Shown piece after piece: positions 54,044-64,000 of a DNA stretch of 64,000 bases. The DNA is from an uncultured Gammaproteobacteria bacterium (GTDB lineage: Bacteria > Pseudomonadota > Gammaproteobacteria > DRLM01): NCBI GenBank assembly GCA_963729605.1, contig CAVSNY010000005.1, positions 128,001 through 192,000 on the forward strand. Reading direction: 5' to 3'. The translations under genes and the position numbers were made by a program. Under the pieces are notes generated by a model. The model ran no database searches, was not told where the DNA came from, and was given only the letters and a program-made list of their open reading frames with translations. How positions within the stretch are numbered: position 1 is the first letter of the stretch; every line of letters begins with the position of its first letter.

Positions 54044-54898
54044 TCAAGTCCGGCCCAGTTCGCCGCGCAAGGTGTTGATCACCTCCGCGGTGGACGGCCG
54101 CACGCCGCGCCACAATAAAAACGATTCCGCCGCCTGCTCGACCAGCATGCCCAGGCCGTCGAGCACCACCGCGGCGCCCCGGCCTTCGGCCCACATCATG
54201 AATGGGGTGGGCGCCGCGCCGTACATCATGTCGTAGCACCAGGCGCCCGGCCGCAACAAGCCATCGGGCAGCGGCGGCAATTCGCCGTGCAGGCTGGCGG
54301 CGGTGGCGTTGATGACCAAGTCGAATTGCCGCCCCGCCAGGTCCGGATAGCCGCCGCCCTCCACCTTGCCCAAATGGGAAAAAGCCTGCGCCAAGTCATA
54401 TGCGCGATCCGCCGTGCGGTTGGCGATCAGCACGCCGCGCGGCCGTTGTTCGAGCAAGGGCCCCAGCACCCCGCTGGCCGCGCCGCCGGCGCCCAGCAAC
54501 AGCACCGTTTTATCGGCGATGACGCCGTGATGATTGGCGACGATGTCGGTGACCAAACCCACGCCGTCGGTGTTGTCGCCGTGCAAACCGCCGCCGTCTT
54601 TCACCACCAACACGTTCACCGCCTGCGCCAATTCCGCGCGCGGGCTGCGGGTGTCGGCCAGGCTCCAGGCGTTGCGCTTGAAGGGCACGGTGACGTTCAG
54701 CCCCTTGCCGCCGTGGGCGAGGAAATTGCTCACCGCCTGGTCGAAGCCGCCGACATCGACCTGGATCGCGGTGTAGTTCAGACGCTGGCCGGTCTGCGCG
54801 GCGAACAAACCGTGGATACGCGGCGATTTGCTATGACCGACGGGATTGCCCATCACCGCGTAGAGGGCGGGCTTATCAAAATCGAACAACGAAGACAT
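54044..54898 (-). CDS. aroE: Shikimate dehydrogenase
   Basis: GNPVGHSKSP, NVTVPFK, GDNTDG, GAGGAA, NRT, MLVEQAAESF. Confidence 0.97.
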   Translation of the reverse strand: MSSLFDFDKPALYAVMGNPVGHSKSPRIHGLFAAQTGQRLNYTAIQVDVGGFDQAVSNFLAHGGKGLNVTVPFKRNAWSLADTRSPRAELAQAVNVLVVKDGGGLHGDNTDGVGLVTDIVANHHGVIADKTVLLLGAGGAASGVLGPLLEQRPRGVLIANRTADRAYDLAQAFSHLGKVEGGGYPDLAGRQFDLVINATAASLHGELPPLPDGLLRPGAWCYDMMYGAAPTPFMMWAEGRGAAVVLDGLGMLVEQAAESFLLWRGVRPSTAEVINTLRGELGRT

Positions 54899-55020
54899 GG
54901 GGCCTTCCTTGAGGGCAACGGGGGTGGCGACAGTGGCGGGCATTATAGCGGATAACGCGGTGCCGTCCGGCGCAAAACGCCGCGCCGCGCACCCGCGATG
55001 TCCGCCGCGCGGACGGCGGC

Positions 55021-55050
55021 TTGAGGCGAAACGCTTCCCGTGTCTATAAT
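55021..55050 (+). promoter_or_regulatory. sigma70-type promoter candidate
   Basis: TTGAGG-N18-TATAAT about 40 nt before the lipoprotein gene. Confidence 0.45.
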
Positions 55051-55088
55051 GAGCCCACTTTTTCTATTGCCCGGCCTGTTTATCCCAC

Positions 55089-55523
55089 GTGATGCCCGCC
55101 AATAAAAATCTAAACTCCGCGCTGATCCTCGCCATGGCCCTCGCCCTGCTAGCGGGCTGCGCCGCCAAGAAGCCGCCCGCGGCCGCCGATACCAAAGGCA
55201 ATACGACTCATCTCGCGCAGGACCCGACCACCCCGGCCGGTATCGTGGCCTTGAGCCAGCAATTGAAGGCCAGCCAGCGGGTGGTTTATTCCTCCGCCAC
55301 CGGCAAATACGGCTATTTCGTCGGCGGGGAATTGAACGCCGAATACGACCCCTTGTCGCGTTTGCTGGACGTGACCAGCCTGGCCGGCAACGAAGCCATC
55401 GTCTGCAAATATTCGCCGGACGGCGCGCTGTTCGTGGACCCGCAGGGCGCGGCCGATGCCGCCACCCAAGTCAGCCGGTGCAATAACCTCGTGCTCCGGC
55501 TCCAGCGGCACCTCAACCGGTAA
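55089..55523 (+). CDS. Uncharacterised lipoprotein (paralog of 58696..59412)
   Basis: Lipobox LAGC; shares a Y(F/Y)VGG.(L/F)NAEY.P...C.Y..DG.L...RC..LV domain with the downstream lipoprotein. Confidence 0.78.
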   Translation: MMPANKNLNSALILAMALALLAGCAAKKPPAAADTKGNTTHLAQDPTTPAGIVALSQQLKASQRVVYSSATGKYGYFVGGELNAEYDPLSRLLDVTSLAGNEAIVCKYSPDGALFVDPQGAADAATQVSRCNNLVLRLQRHLNR

Positions 55524-55569
55524 ACCGCGCCCGTCGCCCACCTCGCGGCGGCCGGCTTTCTCCCAGCGC

Positions 55570-56559
55570 ATGACCGCCCTCTTCCCCACACACCGTATCT
55601 GCGTCGCCCCGATGATGGAGTGGACCGACCGGCATTGCCGTTACTTCATGCGGCTATTGTCCAAACACGTTTATTTGTACACCGAGATGGTGACCTGCGG
55701 CGCCATCCTGCACGGCGACGCGGCGCACGCCTTGCGCTTTCATTCCGCCGAACACCCGCTGGCGTTGCAACTGGGCGGCAGCGATCCCGCCGACTTGGCG
55801 GCCAGCGCGCGCATCGCCGCCGAATTCGCTTATGACGAGATCAATCTCAATGTCGGCTGCCCCAGCGATCGCGTCCAAACCGGTCGCTTCGGCGCCTGCC
55901 TGATGGCGGAACCGCAACACGTCGCCGACTGCGTGGCGGCCATGGCCGCGGCGGTGACCCTGCCCGTCACCGTGAAATGCCGCATCGGCATCGACCATCT
56001 CGACAGCTACGAACACTTCCGGCATTTCATCGCCACCGTCGCCTCCGCCGGTTGCAAGACATTCATCGTCCACGCCCGCAAGGCCTGGCTGCACGGCCTC
56101 AGTCCCAAAGAAAATCGCGACGTGCCGCCGCTGCGTTATGACCTGGTGCACCGCATCAAACAAGAACTGCCGCACTTGGAGATCATCATCAACGGCGGCA
56201 TCACCGACCTCGACCAGGCCGAGACCCAGCTCCACCACGTCGATGGCGTGATGATGGGCCGCGCGGCCTATCACAATCCCGGCCTGCTGGTGGACGTGGA
56301 CCGGCGCTTTTATCGCGACCCCCACCCCGCGCCGACCCAGCGGGAGGTGGTGGAACGATTACTGCCTTATGTTGAAGCGCAATTGACGGCGGGGACGCAA
56401 CTCCATCACATCACCCGCCACGTCCTCGGTCTGTTTCAAGGACAGCGCGGCGCGCGCGCCTGGCGCCGTTACTTAAGCGAACACGGCCACCGCGCGGGCG
56501 CGGGTCCGGAAGTAGTGCGCGCGGCGTTGGCGAAAATAGATTCAGAAGTGCACGTCTAG
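55570..56559 (+). CDS. dusA: tRNA-dihydrouridine(20/20a) synthase
   Basis: VAPMMEWTDRHCR, LQLGGSDP, NLNVGCPSDRV, HARKAWL, GLSPKENR. Confidence 0.95.
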   Translation: MTALFPTHRICVAPMMEWTDRHCRYFMRLLSKHVYLYTEMVTCGAILHGDAAHALRFHSAEHPLALQLGGSDPADLAASARIAAEFAYDEINLNVGCPSDRVQTGRFGACLMAEPQHVADCVAAMAAAVTLPVTVKCRIGIDHLDSYEHFRHFIATVASAGCKTFIVHARKAWLHGLSPKENRDVPPLRYDLVHRIKQELPHLEIIINGGITDLDQAETQLHHVDGVMMGRAAYHNPGLLVDVDRRFYRDPHPAPTQREVVERLLPYVEAQLTAGTQLHHITRHVLGLFQGQRGARAWRRYLSEHGHRAGAGPEVVRAALAKIDSEVHV

Positions 56560-56733
56560 TCCCTCCCCCATCCCGACCTTACCGACCGAGGGAAAGAGTG
56601 GTGGGACACGAAGAGGTAGCGCCGCGGAAAAAATCATTTGGCCGCCAAGACGCCCAGGCCTTTGGTCTTTCGATCGAAGGGATTTTTTTTCTTGGCGTCC
56701 CCCGTCTTGGCGGCCAAGAAATGACAGCGGCGG

Positions 56734-57408
56734 CTAGACCTGTATCTCGTCGAAGCCGCGCACTTGAGGATGGGCGGCATGGGGTGTCGGATCGCCTTCG
56801 CGCACCAGCCAGATGGTTTTATAACCGGCGGCACGGGCGGCATCCAATTCTTCCTCGATGTCCGAGAGAAACAGCATCTCCGCCGGGGCCAAACCCGCCT
56901 CGGCGGCGATCTTGAAATAGGCGTCGGGCTCGCGCTTGCCGCCGATGTGAGTGTCGAAATAACCGCTGAACAGCGGCGTGAGATCGCCGTAATCGCTGTG
57001 GCCGAAAAGCAAGCGCTGCGCCTGCACCGAGCCCGACGAGAACACATACAGCCGCAGCCCCTGGCCATGCCATTGCTTGAGTCGGCGCGCCGCGTCTTCG
57101 TAAAGGTGACCGGTGAAATCGCCGCGGCGGTAACCCTCCTCCCAAATCATGCCCTGCAGCGTCTTCAGCGGCGTGATCTTTTTGTCCTCGGCGATCCAGC
57201 GCAGCAATTGGGCGATGGTCTCATCGAGACTCAAATCCCGTTCTACCGCCGCGTGCACCGCCTGTAACTGTTCGCGCACCGCGGGCCGATGCTGGTGCTC
57301 GCGCACGAATGCCGCCAAATGCGCCCGCGCGTAAGGAAACAAGACATCCTTCACGAAAGAGAGCGAGGTGGTGGTGCCTTCGATGTCGGTGACGATGGCC
57401 TTGCTCAT
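56734..57408 (-). CDS. mtnC: Acireductone synthase / enolase-phosphatase E1
   Basis: TDIEGTTTSLSFVKDVLFPYA, LKTLQGMIW, SSGSVQAQ, FLSD. Confidence 0.95.
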   Translation of the reverse strand: MSKAIVTDIEGTTTSLSFVKDVLFPYARAHLAAFVREHQHRPAVREQLQAVHAAVERDLSLDETIAQLLRWIAEDKKITPLKTLQGMIWEEGYRRGDFTGHLYEDAARRLKQWHGQGLRLYVFSSGSVQAQRLLFGHSDYGDLTPLFSGYFDTHIGGKREPDAYFKIAAEAGLAPAEMLFLSDIEEELDAARAAGYKTIWLVREGDPTPHAAHPQVRGFDEIQV

Positions 57409-57962
57409 CAGGCGGCGGTCACGAAGTCGTCCATGGTGGGAAAGGCCTTGGCGATGGCGCTGCCGGTGTAGTCGGCCACCCAGCCTTCGGGGGTGGTGAA
57501 CAAACGGATGCATTTAAGGCGCGGTTCGGCGCCGAGATCGAACCAATGGGGGGTGTTAGCGGGCACGCTCAGCAGATCGCCGCGTTCGCAGAGGATGCCG
57601 TACACCTTGTCGTCGGCGTGAATGAAGAACAGGCCGCGGCCCTCCACGAAGAAACGCACCTCGAAATCGCTGTGGACATGTTCGTCGAGAAATTTTTTGC
57701 GCAGCGCGACCTTGTCGGGGTGATCGGGCGTCAGGCTGATCACGTCGGCGGATTTGAAGTTGTACAGCTTCATCAAGCGGTCCACCGAACCGCGATAGGC
57801 GTCGATGATCTCATCCTGGCTGGCGTTATTGTTCAAGGCGCGTTTGGCCTCCCAGCGCTCGAACAACACGCCGATGCCGTGCAGCTTGGTCGCGATGGTA
57901 TCCACGTCGCGCGCGGTTTCCAACAGTTCGGCGTTTTCCCGGTAAATGGACAATGTCGTCAT
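57408..57962 (-). CDS. mtnD: Acireductone dioxygenase
   Basis: FLDEHVHSDFEVRFF, VPANTPHWFD, IRLFT; adjacent to mtnC. Confidence 0.95.
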   Translation of the reverse strand: MTTLSIYRENAELLETARDVDTIATKLHGIGVLFERWEAKRALNNNASQDEIIDAYRGSVDRLMKLYNFKSADVISLTPDHPDKVALRKKFLDEHVHSDFEVRFFVEGRGLFFIHADDKVYGILCERGDLLSVPANTPHWFDLGAEPRLKCIRLFTTPEGWVADYTGSAIAKAFPTMDDFVTAA

Positions 57963-58091
57963 GATATTCACTCCGCCTGTTACCAACTCAAGGGCCGCCT
58001 CCGGACCCGGAACCGCACCCTGACAAAGTGGGGCATTGTAGCCCCCGCCCTTCGCGGCGCTCAAGCACGCGCGCGCCGTCGCGGCCGCGTA

Positions 58092-58394
58092 TCAATCGTC
58101 CAGCATTTCCGGCGACCAGCCCATGGCGCGGGCGCGTTTTATCGCCGCGTCGTAAATCGCCTGATGGCGTTCGCGCAGCGGTTCGGGCAGTTTGTTCACC
58201 ATGTGGCCATAAGGGGCCCAGGCCTCGGTCACGCGGTCATACAAGGCCTGAATCCGGTCCAGGCTCCAGCCCTCGCAGGTTTCACTCTCGGGCAGCAAAC
58301 CAAATACCCAGGCGTCGCGGATGATATTGCCCGTGGGGTTCATGCCGCCGTATTCATCCTTATCAAGACCAACATAGGTCCGGTTCGCGCTCAA
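58092..58394 (-). CDS. Hypothetical protein (100 aa)
   Basis: AGGAG RBS with TTG start, host-like codon usage. Confidence 0.7.
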   Translation of the reverse strand: MSANRTYVGLDKDEYGGMNPTGNIIRDAWVFGLLPESETCEGWSLDRIQALYDRVTEAWAPYGHMVNKLPEPLRERHQAIYDAAIKRARAMGWSPEMLDD

Positions 58395-58695
58395 AATGCC
58401 TCTCCTACAAAAAATAAATTAATGATTGGACAGATTAAACTGCCATGCCGCGCCGTGCCCGGCGAAGACGGCGAGCCAAAGCCGCCCATCCCGGGGGGGT
58501 ATAGTACCATCCGCGCGCGGCGCGGGACGTGTCCGCTACCCCTCGCCGGCCCTCCATATCCCGTTCCCCTTGAGCGCTGAGGCTAAAATCATTACCTTGT
58601 ACGCTCTTGACTCGACTGGTTGAGGGGATGTCGTACTATCGGATTGACTTTAATTCAGACCGCTGCATGCGGCAAACAATCAAAAAGGGGGGCAT

Positions 58696-59412
58696 ATGCG
58701 CAACAACTATTTAGGATTGATCGGTTTCTTATCATTGACGGTGATACTTGCCGGCTGTAGCACCAGCCAGGGCACGGCCAAATTAAACCAGAGCGAGGCG
58801 CCCGCCAGTTCAGCGGCAATGACGGACGAGCCGGCCACTACGGACGAAGCGGCGGCCATCTCCGCCGCAGAACCCGCCGACCCGGTGTCGACTGAGACCG
58901 ACGCCGCCCCTGCCGACACCGCCGCCGCCCCTGCCGACACCGCCGCCGCCCCTGCCGGTGACGCCACCGGCAACACCGCCGACGCCGCCGCCAGCCCGAC
59001 CGAACCCGCGGCGGACGCGGCACCCGCCGCCATTGCTCCCGCCGCCGCACCGGCCAGCACCGCACCGGCCGCCACGCCGGAAACCCCCAGCGACGCGCAG
59101 ATCGCGGCGAAACTGTTGCCGCTGCCGCCCGAAGGCGTCATCAAAACCGTGAGGAAACTCACCAAACACCCGCGTGTGCTCTATATGAGCGACAAGGCGC
59201 AATACAATTACTACGTCGGCGGCCAATTCAACGCGGAATACAACCCGGGCAAACAAGTCTTCACCATCAGCAACGATGGGCGCGAGGACAAACCCGTCAC
59301 CTGCCGATACGGTAAAGACGGCGAGTTGCTCGACAAAAAAGAGGCCAATGCCGATACGGTGCAGCGCTGCGGCGAACTGGTCCACACCTTGTCCAATTAC
59401 CTGTCCAACTGA
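58696..59412 (+). CDS. Uncharacterised lipoprotein with Ala/Pro-rich linker (paralog of 55089..55523)
   Basis: Lipobox LAGC, low-complexity linker with a 21-nt repeat (AAPADTA), C-terminal domain shared with 55089..55523. Confidence 0.8.
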   Translation: MRNNYLGLIGFLSLTVILAGCSTSQGTAKLNQSEAPASSAAMTDEPATTDEAAAISAAEPADPVSTETDAAPADTAAAPADTAAAPAGDATGNTADAAASPTEPAADAAPAAIAPAAAPASTAPAATPETPSDAQIAAKLLPLPPEGVIKTVRKLTKHPRVLYMSDKAQYNYYVGGQFNAEYNPGKQVFTISNDGREDKPVTCRYGKDGELLDKKEANADTVQRCGELVHTLSNYLSN

Positions 59413-59440
59413 CCTCCAACGGACTCGGGCGTCATTTCCG

Positions 59441-59545
59441 CCCACCCTCTCCCACAAGGGGAGAGGGTGGGATGAAGGCGTTCAGATAACCGCCATCCCT
59501 ACGCGAAAACACCCCTCCCTCATCCTGACCCTCTCCCGCCCGCGG
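59441..59545. repeat. Degenerate box C/REP-like repeats
   Basis: CCCTCTCCCACAAGGGGAGAGGG and CCCTCATCCTGACCCTCTCCCGCCCGCGG. Confidence 0.6.
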
Positions 59546-59672
59546 AATGCGTTGAGATTTTTCTGTACCGAACGCCGGCTTTACCGCGTCAAACCGAAAG
59601 TGCACACTAGGTCCGCGAACATCGGCGGCAACGACGCGCGGCCGGCATAAAAAACTCAAGGAGGGGCAAGGC

Positions 59673-60707
59673 GTGGCCAAACACATCCTATTTCTCGTGC
59701 ACGGCATGGGCGACACCCAGCCCGGCTGGTCGCAAGACATCCAACAAGTCATCCGCAACAGCTACGCGTGTTATCCCGGTCTCAGTCTGCTGGTGCCTTT
59801 CGACAACACATTCAGCTTTTGCGAAATCAATTACAACGACAAATTCGACGCCCGCCGCAAGGCCTGGGCGCAGAATGCGCAAACCGTGCTGAGCGCCCTC
59901 GCCCAAAGCGGGCTCGACGCGCCGGCGGTGAAACTGCTCACCACCTATTCGGCGGAGACCGGCAAGGAAAACTTTCTCGCCACCCATGTGCTGGACGTGC
60001 TGCTCTACCGCTTCATTCCGCAAATCGCCGAGCAGATCCGCACCTCGGTGCAAAAACAGATTTTACAGGCACTCGCCGCCCAGCCCGAGAACGAGACCAT
60101 CAACTGGTCGATCATCGCCCACTCGCTCGGCACCGCCGTCACTCACGACACCTTGCACGCCATGTACAGCGGCGGTGGCTTGCCGCCCAGCGTCACCCGG
60201 CCCAAGGTGATAGCGATGATCGCCAATGTCAGCCGGGTGTTGGAGACCGGCGCCGATGTCTACACCTCCAAGGTCCATGCCTGCATCGATCCGACTAAAG
60301 GCATCTGCGATTATTTTCTCAACGCCCGCCACGAATGGGACCCGATACCGGTGCCCAAACAATTCAAACCGGTGGACGACTGGCCGGACCTCGCGACCCG
60401 CCGCGAGCAGCGTTTCCAGAATCTGGCCATCAACGCCATTGAGGCGAAGAACGTCCACGACTTCGCCCACTATTTGAAAAATCCCAAAGTGCATATCCCA
60501 CTGTTCCGCGCCCTGACCTGGAACAAGCTCATCGACGAGGCCAGCGCCGCCAGCGCCATCGCCCAATATGAGGCCAGCACCCCGCTCGCCCAATTCCAGA
60601 GCTTGACCACCAAGCTTAAACAGCTGTGGCCCAACGAACAGGCGAGCTGGAAGGAAATCATCACCTGCTTCCGTAAATTCCAGGAACTGGTTAAGAGCGA
60701 CATTTGA
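59673..60707 (+). CDS. Alpha/beta-hydrolase fold protein (lipase-like)
   Basis: LVHGMG oxyanion motif, AHSLG nucleophile elbow, DPIP and HDF candidate Asp/His; GGAGG RBS. Confidence 0.75.
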   Translation: MAKHILFLVHGMGDTQPGWSQDIQQVIRNSYACYPGLSLLVPFDNTFSFCEINYNDKFDARRKAWAQNAQTVLSALAQSGLDAPAVKLLTTYSAETGKENFLATHVLDVLLYRFIPQIAEQIRTSVQKQILQALAAQPENETINWSIIAHSLGTAVTHDTLHAMYSGGGLPPSVTRPKVIAMIANVSRVLETGADVYTSKVHACIDPTKGICDYFLNARHEWDPIPVPKQFKPVDDWPDLATRREQRFQNLAINAIEAKNVHDFAHYLKNPKVHIPLFRALTWNKLIDEASAASAIAQYEASTPLAQFQSLTTKLKQLWPNEQASWKEIITCFRKFQELVKSDI

Positions 60708-60718
60708 GGGAATCCACC

Positions 60719-61903
60719 ATGCATGCCACCCCATTCCGCGCATTCATTTTTTTATTGTGGCTACTGCCCGTCGCCGCTCAGGCGCAAGACGACGCCTGCG
60801 CCGCCATCGACGCGCCGCCCATCGCCACCACCGTGGCGCCGCGTGACCGCCTCAACGCCTTGGAACAGCGCGACTGCCTCGGCGGCGGTCTGGACAAAGC
60901 CGATCTCACCCGCGACATCGTGAGCGGATTACCCGACGGCCGCGCGCCGCGCAGCCCCGGCGTCAGCGACGAGGAACGCCGCGCCGCGACCTTGCATGCC
61001 TTGGACAAAATCAACGCGGCGATAACCGCGCAAATCACCGCCTTGCCCGCCGGCGTGGAGGCCGCCGGCGGCGAACGTCTGCGCACTCTGCAAAACGCCT
61101 TGCTCGCCGCGCGCGACAAGATCGCGACCGGCGGCGAAGGAGAAGGCCTGCACCGTCCCGTCTACTGGAAGTTCGATCCCAACAGCGGCGGCTTCAAACA
61201 ACTGCAAGAAGGCGCGCCGCATATCGACATCTCGCTGCATCGAGGTTTCCTCGACGAGGCCTGCGTCGAACGGGACAGTGCCTTGTGCGCCGACACCTAT
61301 GCGGCGAGCCAGCAAATCGTGCGCGACGCGCGCCTGATAGAACGCACGCTGACGTATTATGCCGCGCCGATCATCGACATGAATTATCGCGAGGCGCTCA
61401 AACGCGACAAACAATGGGACGCCTATTTCGACGAAGCGCTGTTTCAATATCCCTGGGAACTGGTCCTCAACGGCCTGTGGATCAACAAACACGACCCACG
61501 GCCGCGGGACGCGGCGGGCAATCCCCTGGGATTTCTCCCCCCGCCCAGCGCGCAGTGGATCATCTTCCATCCCAACGTGGGTTTCGAATATCTCGGCGGC
61601 GCGGCGGACGGCAATCAATTCGAGCCCACCGTGTTCGTCGAACTGATCGGCTACAACCGCTGGCGCTGGAGCGCCGCGGGTGAAATCGAAAACGCCCTCG
61701 GCATCTCGCTCATCGCCAACTACAGCGACCGCGCCGGCGCCGACGACGTCGGTTACGGCGTGATGCTGCACTACCGCAACAGCTGGTCACTCGCCGTCAC
61801 CCGCCACGACGAGGAAACCGGCGTGCTGCTGAGCACCGATCTCGCCCAATACGTCAGCAGCACGTCGGACAAAGCGCGCAAATTATTGCGTTTTGGAAAA
61901 TGA
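60719..61903 (+). CDS. Hypothetical exported protein
   Basis: Signal peptide (AAQA), Cys pairs, helical N-half and beta-strand-rich C-half; coupled to the hydrolase gene. Confidence 0.7.
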   Translation: MHATPFRAFIFLLWLLPVAAQAQDDACAAIDAPPIATTVAPRDRLNALEQRDCLGGGLDKADLTRDIVSGLPDGRAPRSPGVSDEERRAATLHALDKINAAITAQITALPAGVEAAGGERLRTLQNALLAARDKIATGGEGEGLHRPVYWKFDPNSGGFKQLQEGAPHIDISLHRGFLDEACVERDSALCADTYAASQQIVRDARLIERTLTYYAAPIIDMNYREALKRDKQWDAYFDEALFQYPWELVLNGLWINKHDPRPRDAAGNPLGFLPPPSAQWIIFHPNVGFEYLGGAADGNQFEPTVFVELIGYNRWRWSAAGEIENALGISLIANYSDRAGADDVGYGVMLHYRNSWSLAVTRHDEETGVLLSTDLAQYVSSTSDKARKLLRFGK

Positions 61904-62116
61904 AAATATCGGCGGTGGCGCCATTCGTCGAACCGGCAATCTAATCTACCGCGGCGTTTCTCAGGAAGGGGGGTCGAAACCCTCATCCCTGCCCTAGGGG
62001 CCCCTCCCTTCTTATGACAAAGGGGGATGACACTTCCAACATCGATCACCACGCCACACTCGGATATGAAGTCAAACGCGAAAGGGCCCCACCGGCGCCG
62101 GACGTTCATCAACGAA

Positions 62117-63070
62117 TCACGCGACCCGATTACGCATCTCCCCGGCGAGGAAAGCCCGGATATTGGCGGCGACTTCCCGCACCAGCCGTTGCCGCGCCTC
62201 GCGGCTGGCCCAGGCGATGTGCGGCGTGACGATGAGATTGGGAATGTCCGCCGCCAGCAATGGATTCCCAGCGACCGGCGGCTCGGTAGTGAGCACGTCG
62301 ATGCCCGCGCCGCCGAGACGCCCCGCACGCAGCGCATCGGCGAGGGCCTGTTCGTCAACGATGCCGCCGCGGGCGGTGTTGATCAGCACTGCGGTAGATT
62401 TCATGAGAGCGAGTTCCGCGGCGCCGATGAGGCCGCGGGTCTGCGCATTGAGCGGCAGGTGCAGGCTAAGCGCGTCGACCTGCGGCAACAGGGCGTGCAA
62501 TGGCAGGCCTTCCCGCCCAACGGAACCGCCGTCGCGCGTGGCGATGAGAATACGCATGCCGAAGGCCTCGGCGACCTGCGCGACGGCGCGGCCGAGCTCG
62601 CCGTAGCCGACGATGCCGAGCGTGCTACCGTGGAGTTCGCCGATTGGAAAATCCAGCATCGTGAACTGTGGACTCCGCTGCCAGCCGCCCGCGCTCACGG
62701 CGTCGCGATAAGCCGGCAATCGCCGGCGCAGGCTTAGGAGCAATGCAAAGACATGCTCGACCACCGAGGCCGTGGCGTAGTTGCGCACATTGCAGACCAC
62801 AATGCCGCGGTTGCGCGCCGCCTCGAGATCGACGTTGTTAGTACCGGTCGCCGAGATGCAGATGAGTCGCAACTTGGGTGCGCGCGCCAGTGCCGCGGCG
62901 TCGAGCATAGCCTTGTTGCTGACTACCACATCGGCCTCGGCGATACGCTCGCCGACCTCGGTATCGCGCGTCCGCCCGTGAAACACCCAGTCGGGTAAGG
63001 TAATAGCCAAAGGGGTGATATCGATGTCGCCTCCGTCGAGCGCATCGCGATCCAGAAAAACGCCCCGCAT
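62117..63070 (-). CDS. D-2-hydroxyacid dehydrogenase (glycerate dehydrogenase/HprA-like)
   Basis: ATGTNNVD, GIVGYGELG, INTARGG, TPHIAWAS. Confidence 0.92.
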   Translation of the reverse strand: MRGVFLDRDALDGGDIDITPLAITLPDWVFHGRTRDTEVGERIAEADVVVSNKAMLDAAALARAPKLRLICISATGTNNVDLEAARNRGIVVCNVRNYATASVVEHVFALLLSLRRRLPAYRDAVSAGGWQRSPQFTMLDFPIGELHGSTLGIVGYGELGRAVAQVAEAFGMRILIATRDGGSVGREGLPLHALLPQVDALSLHLPLNAQTRGLIGAAELALMKSTAVLINTARGGIVDEQALADALRAGRLGGAGIDVLTTEPPVAGNPLLAADIPNLIVTPHIAWASREARQRLVREVAANIRAFLAGEMRNRVA

Positions 63071-63192
63071 TGCTGCCTCCTAGTAATCGCGCCAATGAAA
63101 ATAAAGAAGAGTATACGGCGCTGCCGTGTTTCACGCAGCTGCACGGTTCTTGCATCGTACCGTGGACCTACAATTCACGAAAGGAGCTCGTC

Positions 63193-64000
63193 ATGGCCAA
63201 GCAGAAACAGCAATTTCCGCCGCAGCAGCAGGGACAACAGCCCGGAAAAGAATCCAAAATGCAGCCCGATCCGGCAAGCATGGCGCCGTTTTATCGCGGC
63301 AGCGGGAAATTACAGGATCAGGTCGCGCTCATCACCGGCGGCGACAGCGGCATCGGTCGCGCCGTGGCGATTTTGTTCGCGCGCGAGGGCGCCGACGTCG
63401 CCATCGCCTATCTCAATGAACACGACGATGCGGAGGAAACCCGCCGCCTCGTCGAGGAGGAAGGCCGCCGCGCCATTACCATTGCCGGCGACATTGGCGA
63501 CCCGCAATTCTGCAAGGAGGCGGTGACCAAAACCGTCGAAGAATTCGGATGTCTGACCCTGCTCGTGAACAACGCCGCGGAACAGCACGTGTGCGAACAG
63601 ATCACCGAGATAAGCGACCAGCAGCTCGAACGTACTTTCCGCACCAATATCTTCAGCATGTTTTACCTGACGCGGGCCGCGCTGCCACACTTGTCGGAAA
63701 ACGCGGCGATCATCAACACCACGTCGATCACCGCCTATCACGGCCATGCGCAATTATTGGATTATTCCTCGACCAAGGGCGCGATCGTCGCTTTTACCCG
63801 TTCGCTCGCGCTCAATCTCGCCGAACGCGGCATTCGCGTCAACGCCGTCGCGCCCGGCCCGATCTGGACACCGCTGATTCCCGCGTCGTTCGATGCCGAA
63901 AAGGTAAAGAAATTTGGCAGCAACACGCCGATGAAACGGGCCGGCCAGCCTGAAGAAGTGGCGCCGTGCTTCGTCTTCCTCGCCGCCCAGGATTCAAAAT
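63193..64000 (+). CDS. SDR family oxidoreductase, YhdF/YghA general-stress type (partial, runs off window end)
   Basis: Not in the ORF track; AAGGAG RBS, MAKQKQQFPPQQQ...ITGGDSGIGRA...NNAA...YSSTKG...VAPGPIWTP. Confidence 0.9.
   Translation, partial: MAKQKQQFPPQQQGQQPGKESKMQPDPASMAPFYRGSGKLQDQVALITGGDSGIGRAVAILFAREGADVAIAYLNEHDDAEETRRLVEEEGRRAITIAGDIGDPQFCKEAVTKTVEEFGCLTLLVNNAAEQHVCEQITEISDQQLERTFRTNIFSMFYLTRAALPHLSENAAIINTTSITAYHGHAQLLDYSSTKGAIVAFTRSLALNLAERGIRVNAVAPGPIWTPLIPASFDAEKVKKFGSNTPMKRAGQPEEVAPCFVFLAAQDSK

Noticed and set aside
63139-63154. CTGCACGGTTCTTGCA upstream of the stress-type SDR gene as a sigma54 promoter
   Set aside because: Good -12 and CACG, but the near-invariant GG is TG; not called, though worth rescoring with a PWM.

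Overview
GC-rich gammaproteobacterial chromosome segment. Most of it is housekeeping: aguA/aguB, DAHP synthase, pyrG-kdsA-eno-ftsB-ispD-ispF-truD, dapC-dapD-arsC-like-dapE, dbpA, radA, aroE, dusA, mtnD-mtnC, plus several c-di-GMP signalling genes. Two adjacent accessory modules stand out. (1) 23.7-28.4 kb is a compact minus-strand RiPP-like cluster: a 75-aa double-glycine-leader precursor with an aromatic/Pro-rich core (GWYTVFPKGIPWPE), a radical SAM enzyme whose SPASM/twitch-like tail lacks cluster-binding cysteines, an HlyD adaptor and a C39-peptidase ABC exporter. (2) About 28.9-40 kb is an AT-rich island of general-stress-type genes (PRC-barrels, DUF1328, ElaB-like, ferritin-like, BON, CsbD). 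Nearly every transcription unit there has a correctly oriented sigma54 -24/-12 motif, and the island encodes two NtrC-type activators and a histidine-kinase-like protein with a degenerate ATP-binding domain. Also seen: a MITE-like element, box C/REP-like palindromes, a hexamer VNTR, an orphan JmjC oxygenase and a pair of paralogous uncharacterised lipoproteins. No rRNA, tRNA, CRISPR array, integrase or transposase was recognised. All calls come from reading motifs by eye; no database searches were run.
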